NCBI RefSeq assembly: GCF_000143415.4
Contig: NW_003314367.1
Coordinates: forward strand, 310,001-374,000
Direction: 5' to 3'
DNA from: Selaginella moellendorffii
Taxonomy: Eukaryota; Plantae; Lycopodiophyta
DNA: 64,000 nucleotides
Under the pieces are notes generated by a model. The model saw only the letters and a program-made list of their open reading frames with translations. It made no database searches and was not told the DNA's origin. Shown here piece after piece: positions 11,506 to 25,093 of the stretch (position 1 is its first letter; each line of letters starts with the position of its first letter). The translations under genes were made by a program, and so were the position numbers.

Positions 11506-14500
11506 TTAATTGAACTTTGCATAAGTACATAGAGTTCTGCCATGCAGAAATTCCTCCACTAGATCTCGCGCGTTCGCTAGGTTCTCCTCCGGTTCCCATG
11601 TTGCTTCGCAGTGTGGAAATCCTTTCCACTTCACATGGAACTCTCTCACCTCACGTCCTTGTCGCTTGCTCTTGCGCGCATTGAGGATGGCCTCGACTTC
11701 GTATTCCTCCTCCCCTTGGATAACCTTAGGTAAAGGTCTTACTTGGTCCTTGCGAAGCGGATCCTCAAAATACGGCTTGAGTAAGTTCACGTGGAACACG
11801 GGATGCATCTTCCCCATCTCTCGAGGAAGTCGGAGACGGTAAGCCACTTTACCGATTCGAGCCTCAATCTCGTAAGGCCCCGCGAACCTGCTTAAGGAAC
11901 TCAAGATCAATTCATTTACAGGAATACATGCATTTTTACCTTTGGGTCAACTTCCGGCTGATCCCACTTGGTAGCCTGAGGTTCTTGGTGTTCAGCCACA
12001 CCTTCTCCCCAGCTTGGAACTCCACATCTCGACGCTTTTGGTTCGCGTACTTAGTTTGCCTTTGTTGAGCCCGTTCCAAGGAATCCCTCACTAGATTCCA
12101 AATGTTGAGTCTTTCCGCCGTGAATGCCTCCACTACGGGTAACTCTCCATGATACTCGGCCACGCCGAGTTCCACAGGACCTTCAATAGCTCGCCCATTG
12201 ATGACTTCCCATGGACTCACCCCGATGCTCGAATGTGGTGAGTTGTTATAACACATTTCCGCAAGTCCCAAATGACTTACCCAGTCGGTCTGGTCTCCCG
12301 AGACATAGCATCGCAAATAATCCTCCAGTTGCCTATTCACCCTTTCTGTTTGTCCGTCTGTCAAGAAGTGTTAGTGCCATCAATCTTGACTCAATACCCA
12401 TTACCTGTCTGTGGGTGATAGGCCGTGCTGAATTTCAACTTGGTGCGATACTGTTCTAGGAGTGTCCTCCAGAACCTACTGGTGAAGATCTTATCTTGAT
12501 CTGAGATAATCTCTTCCGGCCTTCCCCGCACTCGAACCACTTGTTCGAAGAACAGCTTCGCCACACCTTCCGCATCCACATCCGTTGTGGTGGGTATGAA
12601 ATGTGCCATCTTTGAAAATCGGTCCACCACCACGAATATCGCATCGAACCCCTCGCTTGGGGGTAGTCCCGTGATGAAGTCCATCGTGAGACATTTCCAC
12701 GGACGATCTGGAATGGGGATGCTTTGCAACAAGCCCCCACTAGCCTTCGTCACGGCTTTGACCTGCTGACATGTTGGGCATGTCTTTACATAGTCTTGGA
12801 CGTCCTTAGCCATATCTGGCCAGTGATACTTCCTTTTGAGTAAGCCCATCGTCTTGGGCACTCCGCCGTGTCCCGCGAGAGGTCCGTCATGACACTCTTC
12901 CAAGGCTACCTTCCTTAGTTCCCCTTCTGGAACATACACCCTCGTTTGCTTGTAATATATGAGTCCGTTGCGTTCCACATAGCCCGTTTTCTCTTCCGTT
13001 GGCAGCTCACCTCTCTGGTGAGCTTCCCGCGCCTCCAGATTCCTCAGCAACACTTCTTGTGCTAGACCATCACTCTCGTATGCGGTCCGCACATCGTCCC
13101 AAAAGGTTGTTGTCGCGCTAGATATCGCCAACTTCAAGCTCGCTTTTCGACTTAGCGCATCTGCCACGATGTTGCTCTTCCCAGGCTTGTACAGGATCTC
13201 GCAATCAAACTCCGCCAAAGCATTGGCCCACCGACCTTGTTTTCCCCTTAGGTCGGGCTGTGACAAGAAGTGTTTCGTTGCCACATTGTCCGTGTAAACC
13301 TTGAAGTGTCTCCCAAGGTAGTGTCGCCACTCCTTGAGCGCCTTGACCACCGCAAACAATTCCTTCTCGTGGGCAGGCCACTTCCGTTGAGCCTTGTCCA
13401 GTTTCTTCGAGAAGAACGCTACTGGATGGTTGTCTTGCTTCAAAACTGCGCCCAACGCAAAGTCCGAAGCATCCGTGTCTACCTCAAAGTCCTTACCAAA
13501 GTCTGGTAATGCCAACACCGGAGCCTTCCTCAACTTCCCTTTGAGGTGGACGAATGCCGCCTCGCATTCCGCTATCCATACCATCTTCCCTTTTCCTGTT
13601 TGGTCCGTTAAGGGCAGGGCTACTCTCGAATAGTGTCTGATAAACTTTCGATAGTAGTTGCATAGCCCCAGGAACGCCCTCAACTCATGTACATTCAATG
13701 GTCGTTCCCATTCCTGGATCGCTTGGACCTTCTCCGGGTCCACCTTGAGCCCGTCCTGGCCCACCACATGCCCGAGAAACTTTACCTCTTGTTGAGCAAA
13801 GTCACATTTGCTCTCTTTAGCATACAGTTTGTGTTCCCTTAGTTTCTCAAACACCTTCGCCAAGTGTTCGGCATGCTCCTCTAGCGTCTCGCTATAGATC
13901 AGGATGTCGTCAATATAGACGACCACGAAGCGATCCAGATAGGGTACAAAGATGTGGTTCATCAATGCCGAAAACGTTGCCGGCGCATTGCACAGCCCAA
14001 AGGGCATCACCAAAAACTCAAAGCTCCCATACCTCGTTCGACAGGTTGTCTTCTCGACATCTTCCTCAGCTACCCTGATCTGGTAGTATCCTGACCTTAG
14101 GTCAATCCTCGAGAAGTATTTTGCCTTTCCCAACCTATCGAACAGGTCCTCGATCCTTGGCAAAGGGTACTTGTTCTTCTTGGTATACTTGTTGAGCAAC
14201 CGGTAGTCTATGCACATGCGCATAGATCCATCTTTCTTTTTCACAAATAGCACCGGTGCCCCATACGGCGACTTGCTCAACCTAACATACCCTTTGCCCA
14301 CCAACTCTTCTAGTTGGCTCTTGAGCTCCTTGAGTTCTTTTTCATTCAATCGATAGGGTGGACGAACCACCGCCTCAGCACCCTCGACCAGCTCAATCTT
14401 ATGTTCTATCGGTCGTGCGGGGGGCAACCCCGCCGGTAGCTCCTCTGGCATGGTATCCTGGAATTGGTCCAGCACCTGCTGGATCACTAAAGGTACTTCT

Positions 14501-16278
14501 TCCGTTCTTGTCTTTTTGTCACTCTTCACCGAGAGTAAGCACAAAAAGGCTGCCTTAGTTCCTTTAGTGAGTTGTCCTCTCGTGGACACCAGGTTTAAGC
14601 ATGACTCTTTGGCCTTGCTTTGCCCTACCTTTAGATCCTGGGCCTCCACCCTAGATCTTCTTCCTTGGGCATTCGCCAATACCACAAGGTTCGTACCTTG
14701 TCCATGTAGGGCTACCACGAACCGATTAAACCAATCCATTCCGAAGATCACGTCAAATCCCGCCATGTCCAAGACGGTGAAATCCATGTCCACTTTCCAT
14801 GTCCCCACTTCGACTCTCGCTTGTCGAAGTACCTCATCGGTGCTTTGGCTACCTTGAACAAACTCTATAGTCCTTGGTTCGCCTAGCCGCTGCACCGTTA
14901 GTCCGGCTTGCCGGACTATGTCTGCAGCCACAAAATTATCCGAAGCACCCGTGTCAATAAGGATCTTAACAAAGCTACCTCCGAGCTTCCCTCGGAGGGC
15001 TAGTAGATGTCGCGAACGACTCTCTACCAAAGTTGCTCGTGTAATGAGTAACTTTGAGTTAGGGACTGGATCACATACCTCAGTTTGGACTTCACCCGAC
15101 TTGATGGCCATATTGGCTCTGGCCTTCTTCGGGTAGGGACATTCCCTCGAGAAGTGTCCCGCTTCGCCGCAGTTGTAGCATATGTTGTTGCCCACGCTGC
15201 TATACGACTTGACCTTCTTATCCGTGGGTTTGTCTTTTTTCGCTTGACTTCCCCACGTACTCGCTCGCTGGCCACCGGATTTGCTTTTCCGGAACCCCGA
15301 GGACTCATTCTTAAAGAAACTCTTCTTGAATTTCCCCTTGCTATATGTTCCCCTCGGTTTGGCCCCTTTGTGAAACGTGGATCCCGACCCCGTCGTGTTC
15401 CCCTTTCGCAGGTTATCGTTGAAATGCACCTTGATGGCCGCATCCAACGCTTCCTTGTAGTTGGTCGGGTTCCAGCGCATCACCTCACCGCGAGCCCAGG
15501 TTTGCAAACCTGATATAAAGGCATGGAACGTATCCATATCCCCCATGTCCGTGACAAGTATCCTCTTTGCCATGAACCCATTCACATATTCCTGGATGGT
15601 TCCAGTTTGCTTCAGCCTACTCAACTCATCTCTCAGATGCAGAGTGGCATTCGGAGGAACGTATGTCGCGCGGATCCTCGCCTTCATCATGTCCCAGGTG
15701 GCCACCGGTCCTTCGTTGGCCTCCGTTGTTCTCCACCAAGACTTGGCATTATCTGCCAAGTATGGTTTTGCACATGGGACCTTCTCCGAGCTCGGTAACC
15801 GCAACGCTCGGAAGTAGTCCTCCATATCGTAAAACCAATCCTCCACAACCTTATAGTCGTTCACTCCCTTGAACACCGGTGGGGGCTTTGGTTTGTACTT
15901 GGGAACTGCCTGAGGGACTGATTCCACTTCGGTCTGTTCGACCTTGTCTGGTTTTGCCTCAGTCCCTGCCGAAGGGTCCGCACCTTCTGCGCTGCCAGCA
16001 TCCGCAGTCTTTCGCTTTTTCTTCCGCTTCTCGTCACGCTTTAACTTGCGTACGAGAGTCTCCAGCAGGGCATTGGTCTGTGCCAACTGTCCTTCTAGGA
16101 CGTCCAATCGAGCCTTGGACGACCAAACCTCGCCACCGGACTCCTGTTTGGAAGTTTCCTCACTGGAGTCCTCCTCATGCAAGGATTCCTCATCCATAGC
16201 CTCTTGTTCAACCGGAGGCTCCAGCTCCGGCGGAGGTTCCGTCTCCGCCTGGGTTCGCTTACGCCCTGCCCTTGCCAT
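11506..16278 (-). CDS. Gag-Pol polyprotein (Gag-CCHC, PR, RT, RNase H, IN, chromodomain); predicted exons 16278-12405, 12357-11940, 11887-11506, giving 1557 aa
   Basis: Motifs [43 protein letters not shown] zinc finger, MDF..SDQD..TERVN, FAGPY, and chromodomain YEVEAIL...VKWKGF...ATWEPEENL. The three exons total 4674 nt, i.e. 1558 codons including the stop. Confidence 0.9.
11888..11939 (-). other. Predicted 52-nt GT-AG intron just before the GPY/F motif
   Basis: AAG|GTAAAAATG...TTCCTTAAGCAG|GT, AT-rich. Removal restores KLTQRFAGPY. Confidence 0.85.
12358..12404 (-). other. Predicted 47-nt GT-AG intron in the integrase core
   Basis: CAG|GTAATGG...CACTAACACTTCTTGACAG|AC, with a CTAAC branch site. 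Removal restores the conserved [12 protein letters not shown]. Confidence 0.85.
15024..15078 (-). other. Candidate 55-nt alternatively retained intron between the Gag zinc knuckle and the protease
   Basis: GAG|GTATGT...CCTAAC...TTTGGTAG|AG. The frame stays open if it is retained. Splicing gives ...QTE-RVVRDIY-stop (TAG at 15002-15000). Confidence 0.5.
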
Positions 16279-16337
16279 CTCCCAACAATCCGCCTCTATC
16301 CTTCGCTAGAACTGAGATAAAGGCTCCGATACCAAAT

Positions 16338-17486
16338 TGTAAGCCACAAATTTTTCCTTTCCAATTTGCCAGCTTACCTCATCTATCCGTCCAACACTGC
16401 CTTGGCTTTTGCTAAGTTCCCTTGCCAAGGTTATCGCCTATGGTACCAGCTCCTACTTGGTTTCAGCTACTCACTGCACGAGCAATGGAGCGTTAGCCAT
16501 CCTTCCACGGATTCCCAAATCACTCCCAATCCCCCTCCCCGGGTTAGACTGGACTTAAGGTTCGGCTACACTCCCCACAAGCACAAGCAGCCAAGCACAC
16601 CAAGCTTCCAGGTTCCTAACATCCCTTGGTACCACAAGACTTGATCATGGGACCCTCTAAATCCCAAGTCTTGAGTGCAACACTTGCTTCGGGACGCCGG
16701 GGCGAAACACCGTGGCCTAACGGCCCGGCATGGGTACCTCTCGCCCCCCACTTCCATCCCGAAGGAAGGCCCAAGCCCCTAGGAAGGGCGAGGACCAATG
16801 AGCCGCATGGTACTCAAGTGGGGCACCATTCCACATGAGCCGGGAGCACCGCAATCGGTTTCCCTTTCGGGAGTGGGAGCTGCTCTTGAGCACTTCCTTG
16901 GATGGCCCCTCCGGCACCAACCAAGTCCATGCTCACTCCCACCCAAGGCCCCTCGGTCCCAGTCCCAACCTCAAGTCAGTTTGGGAGCCCCACTGGAGAG
17001 TCCCTTCTAAACTGGTTCCTGGACCTCACTATCCCTACTATACTTTTGGAACCCCCTGCAGCCCCCCCCCCCCTGGGGGACGCACGCTTTTGGCTTTCAC
17101 CCCTTGACCCGTATTAGTATTTGGACTTAGTCTCTGGCTCGATCTCGGATCCGATTTCGGATCCGACTTCGGATTCGGTCTCGGACTCGATCGCGGAATC
17201 GATCTCGGACCCGATCTCGGGCCCGACCTCGGACTCGACTTCGGACTCGGTCTCGGACCCGATTTCGGATCTCGGACTCCGTCTCGAACTCGGTCTCGAA
17301 CTCGGACTCGAACTCGGTCCCCGAGTCGGTCTTGGACTCGATTCCGGACTCTATCTCGAACCCGGTCCTAGAGTCGGTCTTGGACTCGATCTTTGACTTG
17401 GTCCCATCCGATGAACTCTTTGTCATTTTGGTCATGCTTTCGGGGTTCCCTTAGCCTACGACACCTCGGCGAGTTGGTTCCTTACA
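16338..17486 (-). repeat. Element B 5' LTR
   Basis: Lies 3 nt from the tRNA-iMet PBS and matches 9955-11102. Confidence 0.95.
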
Positions 17487-18297
17487 CTCATCACCCAACA
17501 CTGGGTCCGGCCTTCCTGGGCCAAACTAGCCTTTCCTGGCCAAACTGGCTCCACTGCAGTCCTCCCCCTACTATACTTTTGGAGCTCACCAAACCCCCCA
17601 GGGTCTGGGAGATGAACGCTTTGGGCTTTCACCCTCTCAGACTCGAACTCGGACTCAGACTCGGACTCGGACTCGGACTCTGCCTCGGTCTCAGCCTCGG
17701 CCTCGGTCTCGGCCTCGGCCTCGGTCTCGGTCTCGGTCCCGGTCTCGGTCTCGTCTCGGTCCCGGTCTCGGTCTCGGTCTCAATCTCGGTCTCGACTTCG
17801 GACTCCATCTCGGGTCCATCTCGGACTCCATCTCGGGTCCATCTCGGACTCCATCTCGGACTCCATCTCGGACTCCATCTCGGGTCCATCTCGGACTCCA
17901 TCTTGGACTCCATCTCGGGTCCATCTCGGGTCCACCTCGGACTCCATCTCGGACTCCATCTCGGACTCCATCTCGGGTCCATCTCGGGTCCATCTCGGGT
18001 CCACCTCGGACTCCATCTCGGACTCCATCTTGGACTCCATCTCGGACTCCATCTCGGGTCCATCTCGGGTCCACCTCGGACTTCATCTTGGACTCCACTT
18101 CGGACTCCAACTCGGGTCCATCTCGGACTCCATCTCGGACTCAAACTCGGGTCCATCTCGGATTCCACTTGGGACTCCAACTCGGGTCCATCTCGGACTC
18201 CATCTCGGACTCCAACTCGGGTCCATCTCGGATTCCACTTCGGACACTTCCTCGTGTCATGTGTGGGTCCTTTTGGGTCCCTTTTTGGAGCCCCTCG

Positions 18298-21200
18298 TGA
18301 GACCCAACACCGATACGCCCCGAAGTGGATCNNNNNNNNNNNNNNNNNNNNNNNNNNNNNNNNNNNNNNNNNNNNNNNNNNNNNNNNNNNNNNNNNNNNN
18401 NNNNNNNNNNNNNNNNNNNNNNNNNNNNNNNACACGTGAGGCCCAACAAGCTCCGACTTGAAACGTCAAGAGCGGGAGTGGAACTCCCAACGAAGTGCTC
18501 GAGGAACGAGCACGAAGCGAGCAAAAGGCGAGGCTCCAAAAAGGGACCCAAAAGGACCAACACATGACACGTGGGAGTGTCCGAGATGGACTCGAGTTGG
18601 AGTCCGAAGTGGAGTCCGAGATGGACCCGAGTTGGAGTCCGAAGTGGAGTCCGAGATGGACCCGAGTTGGAGTCCAAAGTGGAGTCCGAGATGGACCCGA
18701 GTTGGAGTCCGAAGTGGAGTCCGAGATGGACCCGAGATGGAGTCCGAGATGGAGTCCGAAGTGGAGTCCGAGGTGGACCCGAGATGGACCCGAGTTGGAG
18801 TCCGAAGTGGAGTCCGAGATGGACCCGAGATGGAGTCCGAGATGGAGTCCGAGATGGAGTCCGAGGTGGACCCGAGATGGACCCACAATGGAGTCCGAGA
18901 TGGAGTCCGAGATGGACCCGAGATGGACCCGAGTTGGAGTCCGAAGTGGAGTCCGAGATGGACCCGAGATGGAGTCCGAGATGGAGTCCGAGATGGAGTC
19001 CGAGGTGGACCCGAGATGGACCCACAATGGAGTCCGAGATGGAGTCCGAGATGGACCCGAGATGGACCCGAGATGGAGTCCGAGATGGAGTCCGAGATGG
19101 AGTCCGAAGTCGAGACCGAGACCGGGACCGAGACCGAGACCGAGACCGAGATCGGGACCGAGACCGAGATCGAGGCCGAGGCCGAGACCGAGCCCGAGCC
19201 CGAGTCCGAGTCTGAATCCGAGTCCGAGTCCGAGTCCGAGTCCGAGTCCGAGTCCGAGTCCGGAGCCTGAGAGGGTGAAAGCCCAAAGCGTTCGTCTCCC
19301 AGACCCTGGGGGGTTTGGTGAGCTCCAAAAGTATAGTAGGGGGGAGGACTGCAGTGGAGCCAGTTTGGCCAGGAAAGGCCAGTTTGGCCCAGGAAGGCCG
19401 GACCCAGTGTTGGGTGATGAGCTGCCCACTGGGAAGTCCAAGACTAGAGTGAACACAGACCGACAAGCGGGGTAGCTTGGTGAAGTGTTCAAGAGCCGGC
19501 TCTAGTTCCCCCGGGAGATCGACTGGCCAATGCTCCCAGTCCAAGTGTGGGTGGCACTACCTACTTGGATACCTGGTGTGGCTCAACGGAACCCGCTCTA
19601 AGCCCATGGCTAGAGCACCCAAGGGCAGAAGGCGAGGAGAGTACCCAGGTGGCTCGCGTAAGGCCACGGTGTTCCGAAATGTTGTCCCAAAGGCCCAGAC
19701 TGTGGAAAGGAAGAGGAGCAGTCCTCTGGGGTAGTGACCAAGGACACAGTCGTGTGGTGAGGAAGTCCCAGAGGACCGTGGGACTTAGTGGTCGGGCCTG
19801 TGGGTCTCGATCCAGTGGCAGTGTTGGCAAACACGGCCAGGGGCAGAAAGGGACTTAGTGGGGACTGATAGAGGGATATTGGGGAAGGCTAATCCCCTTG
19901 TCGGTGGGCATCCTAAGGATGCTAAGGAGTGGATCTGAGATGACCACTCACGGATGGTTTGCCTAGTCTTGGAGAGCCAAGACGGTGATGCAAGTGGTAT
20001 TGGACTACTAGTGTGGCAAAGGTGATTGGGCATGGCCTTAGCGTAACGGGCTGCTATGTCGGTGGTACCTTTGAGTGTCGGTCATGGGATCGGACACGTG
20101 GAGCGCTTGGACCAAGTGCAAATGTTGAGTGGCATGGATGCCATTCTCGGGGCTAGCAAGTCCCAAGTCCTAGATTGGACTTATGGAGGTTGTGAATGAG
20201 ACTCCTCCAAGTGGTCAGAGGTGTGGTTAAGTGACCAAAGTAGAATGGAAAATTTAGTCGCTTACAACTTGGTATCGGAGCTGTTCCTTAGTCCGACTTT
20301 TATTGGTGCTCAAGTATATCACCACTGGTGTTGGCAACGGAAGGTCCGAGAAGTGGGCCTATCCTTGAGGAGTAGCAGGTCGGGAAGATATGGCTCTCCA
20401 TTACAGTTCATGTGTGAACTTGTAGACAAGGTGGTGGATAGAAAAGGGCCAATAATGGAACGACTTTGGGATCTTGGGAACAGTATATGGTTTTCCTCAA
20501 AGAGTTGAGGATGTGATCCAGATGAGCGTTCGACTTAGCAAACTGGCTAATGTAGTTGTGGTAAACAACTACAGTTGGGATCACGGGAAAGATAAAGACT
20601 CCAAAGCAATAAAGGAGTCACAAGATTTTCCTCATATAGTTGAGGTTGGTGCTCATGAATGTGAGACTAGAAGTAATGACCGTGGGAGGTCAAATACGGA
20701 AGAGGACTCAAGTCCTTGAAAAGGTAGCCGGGGCTACCTTTAATAAATGCTGGAACAACCCAAGGAGTTGGGGGTGTATTAAGTGGATGAGTTAGTGTTC
20801 TCATCACATGGACAAGTAGTCCTAAGGGGCAAAGGTTGCCCCCAGAGAACAAAATCAAGTGTCAGAGTAACACTTGTGAAAATAGTCCTTTTGAGTAGGA
20901 CAGGAATGCAAGAAGTGTATTTCAGTGAGCTAGTGCCTCACAAGTAGGACCTTACGGGTCTGTGGATTAACCAAGTCCAAAACGGCTGTATGACTCAAGT
21001 AGAGTCAACGGATGGTCCTGAAAGGACTGATGGAAGCATTTGGACTGAGGTGTGTTGTACCCCACAAAGGATGGGGGGGGATCATAGGATCCAAGGATGA
21101 GAACAGAGGGTATCTCATCGATGGCAAAATGTGCCATGCTAAAGTTATGGGAAAGGTGTTCCCAGAAGAAAACAACTTTGACATAAAGTTGTGTGTGACC

Positions 21201-24200
21201 TCTATTGTGCAGTGCTAACGGATGGTTGGCATGAGAAAGAGCGGTGTTGGTCTTGGCAAAGACTTAGACACGAAGGGGAAATGTCATAGAGGTAGGCTCG
21301 TGGAGCCGATGGTGTGGAAACACCAAATGTGCCAAGGTGTGATACCTTGAGGCTATGCTGGTGGGTTCATGAGAACCCCTTGCCAAAGGAATCCCAATGG
21401 AAATGGGAATAACATAGCCTAAGCTGCAGAGCATGCAGTTGGAGTGTGGTGACCCAGATAATGATGGAGGTGTGAAAGCACCAAACAATGAGTTGTAGGA
21501 CTTGACAACTATGAGGCAACTAAGCAAAAGGTGCAAAATAACTGGTTAAACGGGTAGAAGGTAGCTACCCAAGACTTCTTAATAGCATAGGGAAGTTGGA
21601 TATACCCTTACGGGGGATAAGTTGCTTGTGTTGCGATATAGTAAGTCAATATTATAAAAGGAAATACTCATTGTCAAGAAAGCCATCATTGGGACACCCG
21701 AACACTCTAGAACACCAGAAGGTGGTGTTTGATGTCGCGAGGGCAATGGATAAAGCCCAAGGGACTAAGTCCCTAGCGAATGATAGATAGAAGGTGCTAT
21801 CCAAATGTCCAAGGTTGCGGAGACAGGAGAGGACTGTCTACCCGAGTTGGACAAAGCCAAAAATGGAATTTTGGCAAGGCTACTGATGGGCATGTAAAGG
21901 CCCATAAGCAACAATGTAATCCCAGTGTGTGGGATTATAAGGTGAGCATACCCGGATTGAGGAACCACTCCCTAGGCTATTGGGTAGGTTCATCCCTAAG
22001 AATACTTGCTAAAGCATGATAAAAAGTGCAAAGCTATCCTCCTGGTCTGGAGGAGAATGACCAAAGGAAAGGTGTGAAGCCAAAAAGCAAGAAGTAAGGG
22101 GATAGAACCGAACCGTAGGAATCAAAGGGCATAACCAAGGTTGGTTATGCCAGCTGGGAGTGGAAAATCAAGTGGGGGCTCGAGGGTGTTGCCGCTAGCA
22201 ACCGTGATGCCATGGAGAGTCTAAAATATGGAATTGTCCATGTTAGACTATGTGGCATTTGGAAGGCTTGCAAAAAGGGAGGCCTTAGCAAGCTAAGGGA
22301 CAGAGTTCCTTCAAGGTTCCCAAAGACGATTCTAGGTAGCTTAGTACCTAGAAAGGCCAAGTGTAAATGGTTCATAGAACGCGCGAAATCAGAGTGGCGC
22401 AGCAGAAGCGTGGTCTTGAAGCTTGCTATGAGGCAAGGTTATCAAGGTTAGGGAAGTAGTTCCCGAGTGTTCAAAGAGAGGGCTTTGAACGAAAGTCGAT
22501 GGTCAAGGACTTTCACGCTTATGCAGGAACCATGTTACAGTGGTCGGAGGACTTGCCAAGCGAGATTGGCACGTCGGGGAAACAAATACCCTAGTTGAAG
22601 GTGATAACTTCAAAAAGGGTGGGCCATGGGGCCGAGCATGGAGGAGTCCATGCATGATCACAGACATGTCAAGTGAGAGGACTTGGCAGTGTGGAGGAAC
22701 TAGGTTCCTAAGCTGTGATCTGTAGCGCGCTTTAAAAATAAATTGGTGCACCGGCATGGGGAGTCACGCCAGGCATCTTGTGTGATGCCGTCCGTAGATG
22801 CATATACGGAGGTTGGGTTCGAGTCCCGACCCTTTAGTGCTTGGGTTTGAGTCCCAAATCACTAGGGCGTGGTGATGGTTTGGAATATGAGGACACTCAT
22901 ATTTCGGTGGTCATGGACTCTCAATGGGGAGACTGGTTTGGGCACACCGCCAAGCGAGGGATGCCTCGGAGTCGTGATGCACGGTTAGATTGCTTAGTGT
23001 GAAAGCTCAGCATATCTAACTTGAATGCTTTGGTGCAAGTGGCACCAAGGTCGTGGTGAGTGAGATGGGGACACCTAATCTCAGTTGCTATGAACCCTTG
23101 GCCGTAAGGGCTGGCTTGGGTGCACCGCCAAGTGTGGGGGATGCCCCCGGGGCTATAGTCAACAACTTGGAGGTCTAGAAGACCAAGTACCTCTTGGCAA
23201 CTCTGTTAAGGTGCCAAGGTGAGATCACTAGGTGATCTTATGGCCAGATATAGGCAAGGTCCTTGGTTGGCTAAGGAATGAAGTTCCTAGTTCAAAATGT
23301 TGAAATTGAACTGTTTAAGGTGGTGTGGCTTGGTCGTGATGACCAAGTGGGAAGAGCACCTAAGGGAAATAAACTATGTCCGTGCGATGGCATAGTGAGT
23401 CCGAGGAAAGTAGTCTCTATAAAAGACCCATGGGAGGGTCACGAAGTTGGGCCGTGGGTAGAGCCCATAGCAGAAGATGCTAAAGAGACGTACTAGGGGT
23501 GAACATCCTCCGGACTTGGCAAAGAAGAGTCTTTGCTATGGAACCGAAATAATACCTCAAGGAGGGAGGTAGAGATTCGATGTTGCTTGGTGCAACAATC
23601 AACGGATAGGAGCAAAGGACTAGTGGCCAAGTTTGGGCCATGGAATTTAATGAAAGGGATCCAAATGGCAAAGTTAGCCAAGGAACACTAATGTGTTCGA
23701 TGCTAACAGCTTGTGGGAAAGGAAGTGGACTTCCAAGGATGGATTCCTAAGTGCTCCAATTTAGCGAAGTAAAAGCTCCAAGTGAGGGAGCGGTAAGGTA
23801 GCCAAATAATAGGGCCATGGACAGCCCTAGCACAAAGTATGATAAATGGAACTTAGTGCCCAAGGTGGCACGAAATAGAAGAGAGGATGATGGTGCCCTC
23901 AAGTAATGAACTTCCTAGGATGGGGAAGTGGAGTTGCACAATCTGTGCAATGCAAGGTGTTGGAGACACCTAGGAAATTGACTTCCAGAAGTCAAAGAGT
24001 AAAAGTTCCAAGGTGCAAACGTTCCATAGATGGAAATTGAGACTACTCGAGAAGGAGTAGTGGGATTGACTTAGAGAAGGGTCTCTAAGAGGTTTAGCGA
24101 GAACTAAACCAATAAAAGGAGAGAACCACTACATGTGGTCCAATCAGTCTCTAAGTTGGAGAGACTACCCTCCTTAGAGGGTGGGCAAGGCATGGTGAGC

Positions 24201-25061
24201 CTTCAATGTTAAACCATTGACGAATACGGAGAAGGCATGGTGAGCCTTCAATGCCAGACCATTGACAAATATTGGCTAGGTGCCAAGGATGGAAATGGTA
24301 ACACTTGCGGGTGTTACTTTATAAAGTGGTTTACCGTTCGATGAGGACATCGAACTTCGTCTATGGGTGGTGGAGTTGTGAGACACAAAATCCCTAAGCC
24401 CCAAAGTGGAGCCGGAAGGGCGCCACATGGTAGTGGCCGAAGCGAGAGCCAAACGAGCGTAACACATTTGGACCAAAAGCTCCGACTTGAAAAGTCAAGA
24501 GCGGGAGTGGAACTCCCAACGAAGTGCTCGAGGAACGAGCACGAAGCGAGCAAAAGGCGAGGCTCCAAAAAGGGACCCAAAAGGACCAACACATGACACG
24601 TGGGAGTGTCCGAGATGGACTCGAGTTGGAGTCCGAAGTGGAGTCCGAGATGGACCCGAGTTGGAGTCCGAAGTGGAGTCCGAGATGGACCCGAGTTGGA
24701 GTCCAAAGTGGAGTCCGAGATGGACCCGAGTTGGAGTCCGAAGTGGAGTCCGAGATGGACCCGAGATGGAGTCCGAGATGGAGTCCGAAGTGGAGTCTGA
24801 GGTGGACCCGAGATGGACCCGAGTTGGAGTCCGAAGTGGAGTCCGAGATGGACCCGAGATGGAGTCCGAGATGGAGTCTGAGATGGAGTCCGAGGTGGAC
24901 CCGAGATGGACCCACAATGGAGTCCGAGATGGAGTCCGAGATGGACCCGAGATGGAGTCCGAGATGGAGTCCGAGATGGACCCGAGATGGACCCGAGATG
25001 GACCCGAGATGGAGTCCGAGATGGAGTCCGAGATGGAGTCCGAAGTCGAGACCGAGACCGG

Positions 25062-25093
<32 letters not shown>

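Larger units (their letters stand above)
9955..17486 (-). mobile_element. Ty3/gypsy chromovirus (element B), apparently intact, inserted in the 5' LTR of A
   Basis: Perfect TSD CTCAT (9950-9954, 17487-17491). LTRs 9955-11102 and 16338-17486 differ at roughly ten positions. PBS TGGTATCGGAGC (16323-16334) and PPT (11103-11116). Confidence 0.97.
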
